From an uncultured Pseudomonadales bacterium (GTDB lineage: Bacteria > Patescibacteriota > Microgenomatia > UBA1400 > PJMF01), in the NCBI GenBank assembly GCA_964574595.1, contig CAZNOF010000003.1:9715-73714 (forward strand): a DNA stretch of 64,000 bases, given 5' to 3'. This document shows positions 35,387-44,495 of the stretch, in pieces. The stretch's first letter is position 1. Each line of letters opens with the position of its first letter. Under the pieces are notes generated by a model that was not told the origin of the DNA, did no database searches, and worked only from the letters and a program-made list of their open reading frames with translations. Made by a program: the position numbers and the translations under genes.

Positions 35387-38095
35387 CTAGCTTTTCAGAA
35401 GTTCTTGGCTGATTCGGAAGTAACGCTGTTCACCTTGTTGTGTCTGATGATCTAAATCAAATTTACCCCAATAGCAGTCGGTTTCTCGCTCAGGATCTTT
35501 GAAATTACTCAGGCAAATATCATATTCACGGCGAGCAGCTTCAATATCCCCTCGAAGATAGTAGTAATTTGCTAATTGAGCCGATGAAAAGTAATCCCTT
35601 CTTAGATCATAAGAGAAAGATATTAAGAGCTGCTGAACCAGCTGCCACCTTTTTTGTTCGATCAACTCGTTAATCAGTCTTTGGGTTTGTTTACGCAGTT
35701 CATACTTGGCTAAAAAGATATCTAAAGCATGCTGTTTTTGCAGCTCTAAGATAAATGAACGATACAGCTGGCGATCATACGTTGATGGGTGAAAGGGAAA
35801 TGGCGTGGCTGACTCAAAATCTGGATCTATTTGCTGAGCTTTAAGATAGAGCTTGGTGGCACTGCCCATGTCTCCAGACAAATATAGCTGATTCGCTGAT
35901 TTCGCCAGCTCAGCTGATAAGATTTTTTTCCAGCTAAATTCAACTGTTTCTTTTGCCATGTTTTTATCAAGAAGTTGCCAAACTTGATACCAAGCATCAA
36001 GAATCTGTGTTCTTTTCTGAAGATCTGAATTTGCATCTCGATTTTTCAACATGGCATCTGCAGCGTCAGAATAGACATTCCAGGTTTGCCATCGATTACC
36101 ATCATCAACTGCTAACAATAGCTGGACGTCCCTGATCGCTTCCGCTGATTGTTGCTGCCCCAGGTCATACTGCATCTGCCCTATCAACCAAGGTGTAAGC
36201 GTTGTTTTGTAATTTACTAAAAATCCTGTTGGCTGGAGCAAGACGATAGTTTTTTTCATTTCATTTGGCGGAAAACGCGAGGGACTTGTGAAGGCATCAA
36301 ATGGGCGAGACATTGCTAACCCTGAGTCAAATGTTGCCATAGATAAATAGATTTTTGCACTATAGCCAATGTTCTTTTCAGAAAAATTTTTCACCGCAGT
36401 ACTCGCTTGATCAAACAGATCCATCTTTATAGATAAATCGAGCAACTGAATCTTCTCTCCTTGATAGGTCTGGCGAATGTTTTCAAAAGTACTTAAATAG
36501 AGATCTGGCTTATTCTGATTCAAGGCGAGATCTAGCAGTTGCACCTTATTTGCAAGATCAAAGGGCGTAAGTTTCATCAATCTTTGCCTCAACTCTATTT
36601 CTTGGGCGGGAGAAATTCCCGAAGTCAGCAAGTAACTTTTAATTACCTCTGGGCTCATACTATAGAAACTCAAAAGGTACGACACTTCCGGTGAAGTTTT
36701 TATTTGATCTTGAACTCGCCAATAAATGACCGGAAATATTTTGACACTCTGAACCTTCATTCCGGAATACCAAAGGACAGTACTCACTAGATAGCCAGTC
36801 ATCCACAGCCCTAGGAAAATATACCCTAAAGCTACTAATACTCCTGAGAAAAAAACGGGAACGGGAGACGCTGCCAATGCTTGAAATTGATGAAAGCGTT
36901 TTGGAGAATCTTCCTTCTCTCTTAACAGTAATGCCAATGAAATCAGTAACAGTAGCCAAACAACAGAGTAACTTAAGTTGAAGTCAAATAAACTATCTAT
37001 ACAGATACTCATCACCGAAACGTACAAAATGTCAGCGGGAGAAGTCACGCTGAGATTTTTTGGCCGAGCCACCAGGAGCACATAGCCTACTAAACCAAAG
37101 AAAGGCAAACTAAATATTAGTCCGTATTCTGCTAAGAGTTGGAGCATTTCATTGTGCGCGTAAGAACTGAAATAATAGGGCAAGGCAGCTTTTTGATTTG
37201 ATACAACTGTGAAGGTGCCGCCACCCGATCCCCAGAGTGGTTTCTCAATTATCGACTGGACTGCCTGCTTCCAGTACTGAATGCGGAAATCAGAAGTCAG
37301 CTCTTTACAGGTTTGTCTATTCACCGAAGCAGCAAAACATATTTTTTCTGGCTTTATTTTCGTAACAGCAAAGAGACCTAGAACGAGACACCCAACAATT
37401 GATGCCAGCACTAACTTTAGTGGGAACGTTGTTTTTGAATTGTTTTTTTGACTGATGAACCAAAGAAATATTATTACTGCAATGCCAATGGCGATATCAA
37501 TTCTGGCAAAACTCATGACCAATGTAATCAGGAGTATTCCCAAGGGGACATAGCCGTACCACTTTTTTTTGCTGTCCTGAATAACCAGAAAAGCAATTGG
37601 GATACAGAAAAGATACAAAATCGATGCATGGTTGTGGCCGAAGTTGGCTACCAATAAATTCATTCCCGGTAAATGACTACTCAAACTCGGCAGAAAAAAG
37701 AAGAGCGTGCTGAGAAATGAAATATTCAATCCAATCAAAAGGATGCCATACAACAAAAAATGTAATGGTAATTTCTGAGGAGAGGAATGATAAAAGAAAT
37801 CAAACGCACAAACAGCCAGTGACATTAATATGAAAGCGTTCAACGTCAGGGGCAAACTAATGCTAAAGAAAAGTGAGAGGAATGTGCCAAGGTAAAAGCA
37901 CAACAGCAGCGCGACCGCGAGGGGATGTTTTTTTAAAGCTTCTTTCCGATTCTGAAGCCCGTGTGAAAAAAAGAGAACCAGACCGAGTAACCCCCAAAGC
38001 AATATCCCTACAGGCGTCTCACCCATGACCGTAATCAGAAAAAAGATACTTAAAAAAGACAGGTAGAAGAAGAACTGGCTTCGAGAAAGAGTCAC
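35387..38095 (-). CDS. Polytopic membrane protein, O-antigen ligase/polymerase-like (Wzy_C-type) with C-terminal TPR repeats
   Basis: 902 aa; more than 12 TM helices in the N-terminal 420 aa, then a soluble TPR-like region (YYYLRGDIEAARREYDICL). Confidence 0.45.
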   Translation of the reverse strand: MTLSRSQFFFYLSFLSIFFLITVMGETPVGILLWGLLGLVLFFSHGLQNRKEALKKHPLAVALLLCFYLGTFLSLFFSISLPLTLNAFILMSLAVCAFDFFYHSSPQKLPLHFLLYGILLIGLNISFLSTLFFFLPSLSSHLPGMNLLVANFGHNHASILYLFCIPIAFLVIQDSKKKWYGYVPLGILLITLVMSFARIDIAIGIAVIIFLWFISQKNNSKTTFPLKLVLASIVGCLVLGLFAVTKIKPEKICFAASVNRQTCKELTSDFRIQYWKQAVQSIIEKPLWGSGGGTFTVVSNQKAALPYYFSSYAHNEMLQLLAEYGLIFSLPFFGLVGYVLLVARPKNLSVTSPADILYVSVMSICIDSLFDFNLSYSVVWLLLLISLALLLREKEDSPKRFHQFQALAASPVPVFFSGVLVALGYIFLGLWMTGYLVSTVLWYSGMKVQSVKIFPVIYWRVQDQIKTSPEVSYLLSFYSMSPEVIKSYLLTSGISPAQEIELRQRLMKLTPFDLANKVQLLDLALNQNKPDLYLSTFENIRQTYQGEKIQLLDLSIKMDLFDQASTAVKNFSEKNIGYSAKIYLSMATFDSGLAMSRPFDAFTSPSRFPPNEMKKTIVLLQPTGFLVNYKTTLTPWLIGQMQYDLGQQQSAEAIRDVQLLLAVDDGNRWQTWNVYSDAADAMLKNRDANSDLQKRTQILDAWYQVWQLLDKNMAKETVEFSWKKILSAELAKSANQLYLSGDMGSATKLYLKAQQIDPDFESATPFPFHPSTYDRQLYRSFILELQKQHALDIFLAKYELRKQTQRLINELIEQKRWQLVQQLLISFSYDLRRDYFSSAQLANYYYLRGDIEAARREYDICLSNFKDPERETDCYWGKFDLDHQTQQGEQRYFRISQELLKS

Positions 38096-38195
38096 CTCTT
38101 GAGTGTAGCATTTTCACCAAGATAGTCGATACGAAATGGTTCCCAAGGAGTGTTCCTTGACTAACCTATCTTTATACTCTATTTTGAAGGTGTCG

Positions 38196-38417
38196 ATGAC
38201 GTTTCACACTCTTATAAACATCTGGAAAAAAATAAAAGAATTCCAACAAAGCGTATTCAATTTTTTGGTCCTTCATATTGTCTACTTCATCGGAATTGGA
38301 CTGACGGCCATGGTGGCAAAAGCCGTGGGCAAGCATTTTTTGACTCGAGAATATCAATCAACAAGCTGGCAGAAAGCCGGCACAACCAAGCCTGTAGCCT
38401 CTGAACACATGTTTTAG
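38196..38417 (+). CDS. small membrane protein preceding the carbamoyltransferase (SxtJ-like placement)
   Basis: Start trimmed to ATG 38196; one TM (FNFLVLHIVYFIGIGLTAMVA); its stop abuts the carbamoyltransferase start. Confidence 0.35.
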   Translation: MTFHTLINIWKKIKEFQQSVFNFLVLHIVYFIGIGLTAMVAKAVGKHFLTREYQSTSWQKAGTTKPVASEHMF

Positions 38418-38418
38418 T

Positions 38419-40134
38419 ATGACAATCCTAGGAATTTCCTGTTACTACCATGATTCTGCTGCCTGTCTGATGCGTGATGGGAAAATTATTGCCGCTGCTG
38501 CAGAAGAGCGCTTCACCAGAAAAAAGCATGATAATGACTTCCCAATTGAGGCAATTAAATTTTGTCTTGACTTCGGAAAAATTGCCATGAATGAGGTAGA
38601 TGTGGTCTCATTTTATGAAAAACCAATCTGGAAATTTGAACGAATTCTTCATCAACACTTGGAGCATTTCCCATTAAGCTATAAAGCTTTCATGAATACA
38701 GCCGGAGGTTGGTTTAATCAGAAACTGAACATTCAGAAACGCTTACAAGACGACTTACACTTTTTTGGGAAAGTTGAGTATATCCCGCACCACGTCTCGC
38801 ATGCCGCAAGTAGTTTTTATCTTTCACCATTTAAAGAAGCAGTGATCGTGACACTGGACGGTGTGGGTGAGTGGGCAACCACAACCGTGGGTCAAGCAAA
38901 TGCAAAAGGAATCCAGATAGATCAAGAGATAGCTTTCCCCCATTCACTCGGTTTACTTTACAGTGCTCTAACGACATACCTTGGTTTCTCTGCCAATGAT
39001 GCTGAGTACAAAGTCATGGGTTTAGCTGCCTACGGAAATCCTAAACCTTTCCGGAAAAAATTTGCTGAGTTGATTACTCAGTTTCCAGATGGTAGCTACC
39101 AACTGAACATGAAGTATTTTGAGTACGATCATGCTGAACATATGTTCACTCCGGCTCTAGAAGAGCTCTTTGGCTACCCCAGGAGAGTTCCTGAAAGTAA
39201 GGCCTATTCTTATCATGAGAATATTGCAGCCGCACTTCAAGAAACACTCGAGCAAATCACCTTTCAAATTCTGCGGGTTGCCTATGATACGTATAAACTA
39301 CCGAATGTTTGTTTAGCTGGTGGAGTAGCCCTTAACTCAGTTATGAATGGGAAAATTCTCAAAGAAACTCCATTTAAGCAGGTATTTATTCCACCAGATC
39401 CAAGTGATGCGGGTGGCGCAATGGGTGCGGCACTGTGGACCCACCATCACCAAAGCTCAGATACAGTAGCAAAAAAACTTGTGAAAAAGCATGAGTTCTC
39501 TCCGTACCTTGGCCCCGAGTACAGTTGGCATCATATTCAAAACCTACTAAGTAAACATCAACTGAAGTATGAGCTAGTCACTGATCAAAAAAAGCTCATC
39601 GACAAGGCCGCGCTCTATCTAACAAAAGATAAGGTCATTGGATGGTTCCAGGGTCGAATGGAATGGGGTCCTAGAGCGCTGGGTAATCGAAGCATTCTAG
39701 CTTCTGCCAGAAAACCAGAAATGAAAGACATTATTAATGCTCGAATTAAACACCGTGAACTTTTTCGTCCATTTGCGCCAGTCATTATGGAAGAATATGC
39801 CGATGAGTTTTTTGAGACCGACGATCATCTGCCTATCTCGGCAAAATGGATGTTGATGGTCTACCCTTTTAAGGAGAAAAAGAAGAAACTTTTACCGGCC
39901 GTAGTTCATGTTGACGGGACAGGCAGACTTCAAACTGTTGCCCGCAAAGATAACCGTTTATACTACGACGTAGTAAGTGCATATTTTAAAAGAACTGGAG
40001 TGCCGAGTATCATTAATACATCATTTAATGTACGTGGTGAACCAATTGTCTGTACTCCAGAGGATGCAATTCAATGTTTCTTAAAAACAGACATCGATTA
40101 CCTGTTCATTGATCAGTTCATCGTGAGAAAGTAA
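38419..40134 (+). CDS. Carbamoyltransferase (NodU/CmcH family)
   Basis: N-terminus MTILGISCYYHDSAACLMRDGKIIAAAAEERFTRKKHD and C-terminal carbamoyltransferase region; 571 aa. Confidence 0.88.
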   Translation: MTILGISCYYHDSAACLMRDGKIIAAAAEERFTRKKHDNDFPIEAIKFCLDFGKIAMNEVDVVSFYEKPIWKFERILHQHLEHFPLSYKAFMNTAGGWFNQKLNIQKRLQDDLHFFGKVEYIPHHVSHAASSFYLSPFKEAVIVTLDGVGEWATTTVGQANAKGIQIDQEIAFPHSLGLLYSALTTYLGFSANDAEYKVMGLAAYGNPKPFRKKFAELITQFPDGSYQLNMKYFEYDHAEHMFTPALEELFGYPRRVPESKAYSYHENIAAALQETLEQITFQILRVAYDTYKLPNVCLAGGVALNSVMNGKILKETPFKQVFIPPDPSDAGGAMGAALWTHHHQSSDTVAKKLVKKHEFSPYLGPEYSWHHIQNLLSKHQLKYELVTDQKKLIDKAALYLTKDKVIGWFQGRMEWGPRALGNRSILASARKPEMKDIINARIKHRELFRPFAPVIMEEYADEFFETDDHLPISAKWMLMVYPFKEKKKKLLPAVVHVDGTGRLQTVARKDNRLYYDVVSAYFKRTGVPSIINTSFNVRGEPIVCTPEDAIQCFLKTDIDYLFIDQFIVRK

Positions 40135-40136
40135 CT

Positions 40137-40280
40137 ATGTTTAAAGAGTTAATGCAGTTTCTGCTACAAAACAAAAAATGGTGGCTTATTCCACCAGTAA
40201 TCGTCTTCGTCATTTTTGCACTACTTGTTGTCTTCTCCACCACGTCACCTATTGGTCCTTTCGTGTACATGCTTTTTTAA
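40137..40280 (+). CDS. 48-aa small membrane protein (DUF5989-like), not in the ORF track (under 60 aa)
   Basis: ATG 40137, TAA 40278-40280: MFKELMQFLLQNKKWWLIPPVIVFVIFALLVVFSTTSPIGPFVYMLF, a pattern I recall as commonly encoded right after carbamoyltransferase genes. Confidence 0.45.
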   Translation: MFKELMQFLLQNKKWWLIPPVIVFVIFALLVVFSTTSPIGPFVYMLF

Positions 40281-40288
40281 TTTTTAAA

Positions 40289-41266
40289 ATGACAAAACAG
40301 ATTCAAATTCTCATATTGATAGTAGTAATGCTATCTTCAGCTTTTTTAAGCCTTAAAGCAGTGTTTTTTGTCGGAAATGAATTCTTTTTTGACAAATTGT
40401 TTTATCACAAAGATGCAAAGTTAGGTTACGTGGGTCCCCAAGAAAATTGGGCTGATTCAAAGTTTAGTAACAGAAATGCAGATCTCACGAAGCTTGTTTC
40501 AGACACTGCGCGATATCAGCAAAACGGACAGAAGGTACTGGGAATGAAGGATGACAAGACGTATAAAATCGCTGTGATAGGTGACTCATATGTTTGGGGT
40601 CAAGGAATTGCCGATGAAGACAGGTTTGTACATCTTTTAGAGAAGCGACTCTCCAAAATTCGACCAACAAAAGTTGTCTCCCTCTCTCGCTGTGGTGACT
40701 CAATTTTTGACAACTACATCAAGTACACCCAAATACAAAAACTCGAAGAGCCCTATGATTTAGTTATCTTTGGATTGGTGAACAATGATCTCATCTTTTC
40801 AGAAGGTGACAGCTATGACGAAACACAACAAACAGCAATCCAGTCCTCCTGCACAACTGGTCCGGTAGCTTGGGACAATCAAATGAAGACAGAAGAATAC
40901 TCAACAGTAGTGGAGCGTAGTTTTGATCCAACTTCTCAAAATTACTGCGCTTTTCAACACATCCTCCCACTTCTGCCAAAGGAAAAAACACTCTACTACA
41001 ATTTTGATGAGTTTAAGAATGACTGGAAACCCATATCGAGTTATGGAAACGAACTGGAAAAAGCAGGTTTAACAGTCATCTCAACCAAGTCGTACTTTGA
41101 GAGTCATAAAACGAACTATCCTGATATTTTTAAGCCAAACGGTTTTGACCGATTTCAAGTAAGTCCAAAAGAAGGACATCCTTCGGCTTTAGCTAATAAA
41201 ATGTTTTCCGATCAGCTTTTCACAGAGATTACTCAAAATAAAAAATGGCAGTTTACAGCGAACTAA
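40289..41266 (+). CDS. SGNH/GDSL-family hydrolase (esterase/acylhydrolase), N-terminal TM anchor
   Basis: Start trimmed to ATG 40289; block I motif KIAVIGDSYVWGQG (GDSxxxG). Confidence 0.6.
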   Translation: MTKQIQILILIVVMLSSAFLSLKAVFFVGNEFFFDKLFYHKDAKLGYVGPQENWADSKFSNRNADLTKLVSDTARYQQNGQKVLGMKDDKTYKIAVIGDSYVWGQGIADEDRFVHLLEKRLSKIRPTKVVSLSRCGDSIFDNYIKYTQIQKLEEPYDLVIFGLVNNDLIFSEGDSYDETQQTAIQSSCTTGPVAWDNQMKTEEYSTVVERSFDPTSQNYCAFQHILPLLPKEKTLYYNFDEFKNDWKPISSYGNELEKAGLTVISTKSYFESHKTNYPDIFKPNGFDRFQVSPKEGHPSALANKMFSDQLFTEITQNKKWQFTAN

Positions 41267-42735
41267 TCACACAAGCGCAAAGTTACGTTGTCCTGAACCA
41301 GAATATCCCTCGATTTAAAACAGACTCCATACACATCTTTGATTTTTTGCAAAGACGTTCGTCTCGGTTTTTCTAAAATGGTTGTTTGATCAATGTAGTA
41401 ATAGTTAACACAACTCTGAACATCCTCTTCTACCTTAGGACGCATCAGTCGAACGTTGCTTTGGGCTGGCATGTTCGCAACCACAGAAGAATAAATCCAA
41501 TCAGGTGTAGTGAACAAACAGGAACCAGTAGGAAAAGACTGATTTAACAGCATTTTCACTGGGTTCGCATGAAAGTCCCAGTAATAAAAATCCGTATTCC
41601 GATAATAGTCAAAAAAAGAAAATGCGGTCAGAAAGATGAAAAGAAAAAAGACTGCCGACAAGAACATATTCTTCTTTAAGTATGGGATAACAGAAAAAAT
41701 CAATGTGAAAGTAATCGGAACAATAAATGTAAAACAAACCCGAGCATAAAAAAATGAGTTCTGAAAAGAAACACACAGCACCACAAAAGCGGCTATCATC
41801 CCACCTAACGCAATCCATTGATTGAGAAGGAATGGGAACGGACTCTTTCTTTTTTTCGACTTCTCTAGCAGTAATGCGATGACTAATAAACTAGCAACAA
41901 TCAATAGCCCATTTACAAATAACCACTTAAAATCTAGGTTATCTACAAATCCAAATAAATCACCCAATAATAAAACAAACTCCTTTAAACTAGGCACTGG
42001 TGCCCACTGATTTGCGTGTGCTGTTAAAAAGAGATTTTTCCAAAAAATCGGGAGATACCAAATATCAAATAACCCTGATAAAACAACACTTCCTAACAAA
42101 ACTCTCCAAATTCTTGATTTGTTTTGGATCCAACCCAAACCGGCAAAAACGAGTAAAAAGCAGGAGAATAAGAAAAAAGAATAATCGAACAACAAGCCAA
42201 CCGCCATCAGCAGACTCAGACCAACTAGTTCTCTTTTACTTGGCTCAATTCTGTGCTGCTGATTTCTCCAAAGAATTCTTAGAACCCAACTGAAGGAAAT
42301 GAGTGTTGCCCCAAGCACACTGGCATACATTAGATATCCTGCCGTTAGGTGAATGACATAGGGGTTTAATGCTAACCATCCTAAAGGTAAAACTCGGTAT
42401 CTGAGTGGGAAAGGCGACAGTAACCAAAAGCTGATTCCAATGGCAGAAGTGAAAATCAATATTTGGACAAAACGCAGGGTAAATACTGAAGGCTTTAGGT
42501 CCACCAGTGGATCCATAGCCATGTACCAAAGAGGCGGATGATCAAAGTCAGGTGCTGTTATCAAGCCAGTAAAGCTGTGGACTTGATTAAACTCTAAGGC
42601 AAAGATCTCATCTTCTGTGAAATCGTATCGAGTTGTAGAGTAAATTCTGGAAAAAAGTGCGAGCAGAATCAAACAAGTAAAACACAGCCACTGAATTGAC
42701 CTACTAGAAAAGGGGAGCTGCTTGAGTCGTAACAT
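41263..42735 (-). CDS. Integral membrane glycosyltransferase, GT-C fold (PMT/ArnT-like)
   Basis: 490 aa, more than 10 TM; first-loop acidic motif YDFTEDEIF. Confidence 0.5.
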   Translation of the reverse strand: MLRLKQLPFSSRSIQWLCFTCLILLALFSRIYSTTRYDFTEDEIFALEFNQVHSFTGLITAPDFDHPPLWYMAMDPLVDLKPSVFTLRFVQILIFTSAIGISFWLLSPFPLRYRVLPLGWLALNPYVIHLTAGYLMYASVLGATLISFSWVLRILWRNQQHRIEPSKRELVGLSLLMAVGLLFDYSFFLFSCFLLVFAGLGWIQNKSRIWRVLLGSVVLSGLFDIWYLPIFWKNLFLTAHANQWAPVPSLKEFVLLLGDLFGFVDNLDFKWLFVNGLLIVASLLVIALLLEKSKKRKSPFPFLLNQWIALGGMIAAFVVLCVSFQNSFFYARVCFTFIVPITFTLIFSVIPYLKKNMFLSAVFFLFIFLTAFSFFDYYRNTDFYYWDFHANPVKMLLNQSFPTGSCLFTTPDWIYSSVVANMPAQSNVRLMRPKVEEDVQSCVNYYYIDQTTILEKPRRTSLQKIKDVYGVCFKSRDILVQDNVTLRLCD

Positions 42736-42786
42736 CAGAATTGGTTTCCTCTATCTTCCAGTACAAAAGAAGCTAAAATCGTTACC

Positions 42787-43551
42787 ATGCAGCCAGATTC
42801 AGCCGTGCACTCTATTCAAATCGATGGCTTGCCCTTCATTGTAGGGACTTTCCCCGAGGTAATCAACAGAATTTGTCACAACATTTTACAAAAGAAATCG
42901 CAAATCATCTTACCTTGTTCTCTTAACGATCTGGCTAGTATTTCGTCTCAGCCAAAACTCTTTGCGAGTTACCAAAAAGTAGATATTTGCACAACAGATG
43001 GCATGCCTCTCGTCTGGATTTCTTCACTCAAAACAAAAAACCTCAATCAGCGAGTTTATGGACCAGACTTAATGAAAGCCATTTTTCAAAAATTGCAAAA
43101 GAGTCAAGCCAGACATGTTCTCTACGGTGCTACACCAAACACAGTCGCTTTATTAAAAAAGAAATTGCTGCATCTAGCTCCACACTCACAAATTGTGGAA
43201 ACATTTTCTCCGCCTATGAGAAAGCTATCTGACTTGGAAGAAAAAAAATACCTTTCTCAATTAAAAAAGTCACGTCCGGATGTGGTCTGGATTGGTATTA
43301 GCTCACCGGCCCAAATTGAGCAAGCAGCCCGCTGGAAAAAAGCTCTTCAGAAGACAACATTTATCTGCGTAGGTGCCGCATTTGATTTTGTCTCGGGATC
43401 AAAAAACAGTGCTCCAAACTGGATGAAAAAAAATGGATTTGAGTGGTTTTTTAGATTGATAAATGAACCTAAAAGACTATGGAAAAGATACTTGTATACC
43501 ATTCCCAAGTACCTGTTAATTCATGGATTTCGTTTGGTTTTCAATCCATAA
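42787..43551 (+). CDS. WecB/TagA/CpsF-family glycosyltransferase (GT26)
   Basis: 254 aa with GT26 pattern (..DGMPLVW.., GPDLM, VYGATPN..., WIGISSPAQIEQAARW). Confidence 0.7.
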   Translation: MQPDSAVHSIQIDGLPFIVGTFPEVINRICHNILQKKSQIILPCSLNDLASISSQPKLFASYQKVDICTTDGMPLVWISSLKTKNLNQRVYGPDLMKAIFQKLQKSQARHVLYGATPNTVALLKKKLLHLAPHSQIVETFSPPMRKLSDLEEKKYLSQLKKSRPDVVWIGISSPAQIEQAARWKKALQKTTFICVGAAFDFVSGSKNSAPNWMKKNGFEWFFRLINEPKRLWKRYLYTIPKYLLIHGFRLVFNP

Positions 43552-44472
43552 ATACGTTTTTGTGAGGCCACTTTCCAAGGAAATGCTTGGCGCCCAATTC
43601 AGAAGAGATTTTATTAGCGTATTGTCCGAATTTCTACCGCGGACACCTTGAAAACCCTCAACGTGTTTTAGGGACAGTTTCTTCTTAGCAATTTTTGCGA
43701 CCAAAAGAGCCATTTCATTTATCGAAATCATTCGATCTGAACCAATATTAATCGGTCGATCAACAGAAGAATGCATCAGACGAAAGATCCCATCACAACA
43801 ATCATCAATATAACAATATGAACGCGTCTGTTCTCCATCTCCCCAAATTTCAATCTCATCAATTTTTTTGGCCAAAGCAACTTTTCGACAAATAGCCGCG
43901 GGAGACTTCTCTCGTCCACCTTCAAACGTTCCTTCTGGTCCATAAATATTGTGAAAACGAGCAATCTTTACATCCAGACCAAAATCTGTTCGATAGGCTT
44001 GGCAAAGTTGCTCGGTAAAGAGCTTTTCCCAACCATAGGCGGTATCTGGTTCAGCAGGAATCGCGTCCTGCTCTTTTAAACTCACCTTATCAGTTTTACG
44101 TTGTAAATGGAGCGGGTAGACACAAGCTGATGAGGAATAAAAAACTTTAGGGATCTGCTTTTTCTGAGCAGCTTCTAATGAATTGACATTTATTCTGACA
44201 TTATGTGTCATTAAATCAGCATGATGCTCTGAAATGTAGCCAACCCCACCCATATCGGCGGCTAAGCAATAGAGCTCATCGCAATGAGTGATTGCCTGCA
44301 TGGCACTTACAGGATTCCGCAAATCCGCCACAAGAAACGTATCAGCTATAGATGGGCTAAATTCAGGTTTTTTTATATCAATTCCTGTAACGTAATACCC
44401 TTTTTCTTTTAAGAATTTCACTAGATGAGAACCAATAAACCCACCTGCACCTGTGACGATTGCCGTTTTCAT
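43516..44472 (-). CDS. NAD-dependent epimerase/dehydratase (extended SDR)
   Basis: N-terminal Rossmann motif MKTAIVTGAGGFIGSHL and catalytic YxxxK region. Confidence 0.8.
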   Translation of the reverse strand: MKTAIVTGAGGFIGSHLVKFLKEKGYYVTGIDIKKPEFSPSIADTFLVADLRNPVSAMQAITHCDELYCLAADMGGVGYISEHHADLMTHNVRINVNSLEAAQKKQIPKVFYSSSACVYPLHLQRKTDKVSLKEQDAIPAEPDTAYGWEKLFTEQLCQAYRTDFGLDVKIARFHNIYGPEGTFEGGREKSPAAICRKVALAKKIDEIEIWGDGEQTRSYCYIDDCCDGIFRLMHSSVDRPINIGSDRMISINEMALLVAKIAKKKLSLKHVEGFQGVRGRNSDNTLIKSLLNWAPSISLESGLTKTYLWIENQTKSMN

Positions 44473-44495
44473 AGACAGAGTATAACATCCCTTGT

